From NCBI RefSeq assembly GCF_009914755.1, contig NC_060940.1: 64,000 nucleotides of DNA, one strand, 5' to 3'. Shown here piece by piece: positions 61,488 through 64,000 of this stretch. The notes under the pieces are model-generated. The model did no database searches, had not been told where the DNA came from, and saw nothing but the letters and a program-made list of their open reading frames with translations. The position numbers and the translations under genes are program-made. This DNA comes from the human T2T-CHM13v2.0 reference genome, Homo sapiens. Position 1 is the stretch's first letter, and the number at the start of each line of letters is the position of its first letter.

Positions 61488-61554
61488 TCAGGTTGGTGCA
61501 AAAATAATTTTCCCAATACATGAATGGCAAAAACTGTGATTACTTTTGCACCAA
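61488..61554. mobile_element. MADE1, internally deleted and right-truncated
   Basis: tcaggttggtgcaaaaataatt...aatggcaaaaactgtgattacttttgcaccaa; TA at 61486-87. Confidence 0.85.
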
Positions 61555-62858
61555 ATTCCTCTGTGGTAGGAAGGACTTGGATTTAGAAAGACATCAGTTT
61601 GGGTTCCAGCCCCGCCACTTACTTGTTCTCTGACCTTGGGCAAGTTATTGAACCTTTCTGAACCTCGGTTTCTCATCCATAAAATGATTGTTTTTACAAG
61701 ACAAATGTTTTATTGAGTGCCTAATAAGTGTTGGCCATAGGGGAGTGAATGAAATGGACATAGATCTTACAGATTAGTGGGCACAGATCCAATGGCTTTA
61801 TAAATTAGGTCTGTGGTTACCATGCAAAAAGAATCTTCAACAGAAGGTTTGTTTGAGGAAGCACCGTGGGGCTCAGACCTGATGGTTAGTAAGGACAGAT
61901 GAGGAGGTTGCAGAAGGATCCAGGCAGAGGCTATAGAATGTATGAAGGCTCCGAGGTGAGAGGGCATCTGGCTGCGTTGCTCAGGGGATTAAACGGACGG
62001 CTGCAGTTTTTCATTGTGTGACGAATGCCACACTGGTAGTTCTGAAGATGAATCTTGGATGGTAGCTAAGTGATCACTTAAAGCCCTTTTATATAGTCTT
62101 CTCTCTACTCTTTGCATGTTTAAAATCTCCCATCATAAAAAGTCAAATAAAAACTATAATTTATGTGGATGCTTATATTTGCTATTTGAAAAGTGATGTG
62201 CACATTCCAGGGCGCAGCTTGGTGCAGATGTTAACCACATGGATTCTGGAGCCTGCTGCTCTACCACTTCTCAGCTCTGTGGCTTCATGCCCGTGATGTG
62301 TGCCTCAGTTTCCTGATCTGTAAGATGGGGACGATAACAGCATTTACCTCATAGTGTAGTTATAGAGATTCAACATGCTTGTTATTATGGATGGGAATAA
62401 TTTAAAGTTTAAGAAATGTATTTAGGCTTAAAGTATGAGTCAATATAGAAATGTTAAGCTAATAATGGCCAAACTTCATCTGGATACTTACTAAGTGCTG
62501 TTCTAAGTAGCTCACACATATTATTTCATTGAATGCCTACTATGAGGTAGATGGTATTAACCCATTTTGCAGGTACAGACAGATGACTAGTTTGATCAGG
62601 GTCAGTTTATGGCAGAGCAAGGATTCGAGTGCAGGAATTCTGTCTCCAGAGCTCACACCCCTCCGATAAATCTTCCACAAGATAGATATCTTACCATACT
62701 GTCTTGGCTAAGTAGTACAGATAGGTTCATGAGTAATGCAAGATTATTCACTCAAGAAATATTTATTGAGCATCTACTACATGCTTGGCTCTGTTGAAAA
62801 CTCTGGAGTTACAATGGTACACGGTAAATCTCCCACAGAGCTTTGGCTTACAGATGAT

Positions 62859-62902
62859 GAGGGAGAGGGAGAGGGAGAGGGAGAGGGAGAGGGAGAGGGA
62901 GA
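62859..62902. repeat. (GAGGGA)n hexamer microsatellite, ~7 units
   Basis: Perfect repeat embedded in L2-like sequence. Confidence 0.9.
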
Positions 62903-64000
62903 AATCAGTAACAAAGATATAAACCAGATAATTTCAGACCCAGATAAGTCCTGCAAAGAAAATAAAGCTGGATCATGGAAAAGAAAGTGACTGGGGAGCT
63001 TTTGTGCTGTCCCCTGCCCCCACTGTGTCCCCCAGGGGGAGTCTGCACTGTGCCTAGGAATGAAGGCTTTTGTCCTTCTCCAAGCTGCAGCTTGGCTCTC
63101 CTGATAAGCCAGGCCACGTTACTGCTATGAATTCAATCCAAATTTCAAGACGGTCAGGCCTATTAAGTCAGACCTTTTGACGAGTCTGCAGAGCATGGAT
63201 TTATTATATGTCAATGTTTGTTTAAATTTGTAACTCTCTCACAGTGGAATTGAGGAGGCAGGCTCCAAATAACCATCAAAGCCCATTAATTTTCTCCAAA
63301 TGCAATAGCATATTAATCAGGCATCACTGAGGGTCTGTGGTTTGGAGGTGATGCTGATGCAGGATAGATATCTACCCCACTCCCTGCCTCTCCTTGGGAA
63401 AAGCAGGTTTTCCTCTGTGACTGACTGTGTATTTATTACACAGCCTTGTGGCCAAGATGAATAATGAATGTAGAATCATAGTTGTATTTGAGCCAGAAGG
63501 GACCTTATTGAGGGAGGCTGTATTTTCTGAACCTAAATTTAGGTCCTATATGAGCTGACAAGGGATATTTAAGCTGCTTCTAAGTATGAGAGGCAGTCTG
63601 GATATGGGTTTCAGGCACTCGGAAAGCTGAATTTTTAGATGGCTTGGGGAGTGTGAAACACAAAGGCCTTCTTGGGCCTGCCCTGGGGAAAGCCAGGGAG
63701 GATTCTTATTATGGCTTTGTAGCATTAGTCCTCTTTTCTCATCTTCCAGAAAATGGGGCTTTGAGAAGGTGTGAATTGCCTATAGCCACACAGTAACTTA
63801 TTGAGAGAATCAATATTCTGTGCAAAGCAGGCAGGGCAAGTTTCATAAAAAAGAATTTGATTGCTTTGCTCCTCCCTCTGCCTAAAGCCATCCATGGCTC
63901 CCTATTGCTTTAACAAAGAAAGTTAAATTCCTAACCATAGTCCCCTGTATGATTGGGCTCTGGTCTGCTTTGACTTCTCGCTTCTCTCCTCTCCAATCCA

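Noticed and set aside
62859-62902. (GAGGGA)n is the reverse complement of the SVA CCCTCT hexamer
   Set aside because: No Alu-like, VNTR or SINE-R region adjacent; a plain microsatellite.

Overview
Primate (human-like) non-coding genomic DNA, most likely part of a long intron or an intergenic interval. Position 1 reads GTAAGA, a canonical 5' splice donor, but the host gene cannot be identified. No protein-coding gene or structural RNA gene is supported; the provided ORFs I could trace come from Alu, L1, LTR or microsatellite sequence, and none resembles a cellular protein. The window is mostly interspersed repeats: about 28 Alus (20 on -, 8 on +), many L1 3' fragments, MaLR/ERVL solo LTRs (THE1, MLT1, LTR16, LTR33), DNA transposons (MER82, Tigger-like, MER20, MER58, MER5, MER103, two MADE1), plus MIR and L2 relics and two 300-390 nt pure-pyrimidine tracts. 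Subfamily names were assigned by eye from remembered consensus sequences and are approximate. Structure not explained by a routine repeat list: a near-consensus RE1/NRSE (REST) site at 54039-54059, a 65-bp near-perfect inverted duplication (52311-52375 / 53064-53128), a ~190-bp dispersed direct duplication (38882-39074 / 42259-42449), a probable L1 3' transduction (36716-37786), three twin-priming-type inverted L1 insertions, and a few AG|GT recursive-splice-like motifs. I found no convincing evidence of a new multi-component biological system.
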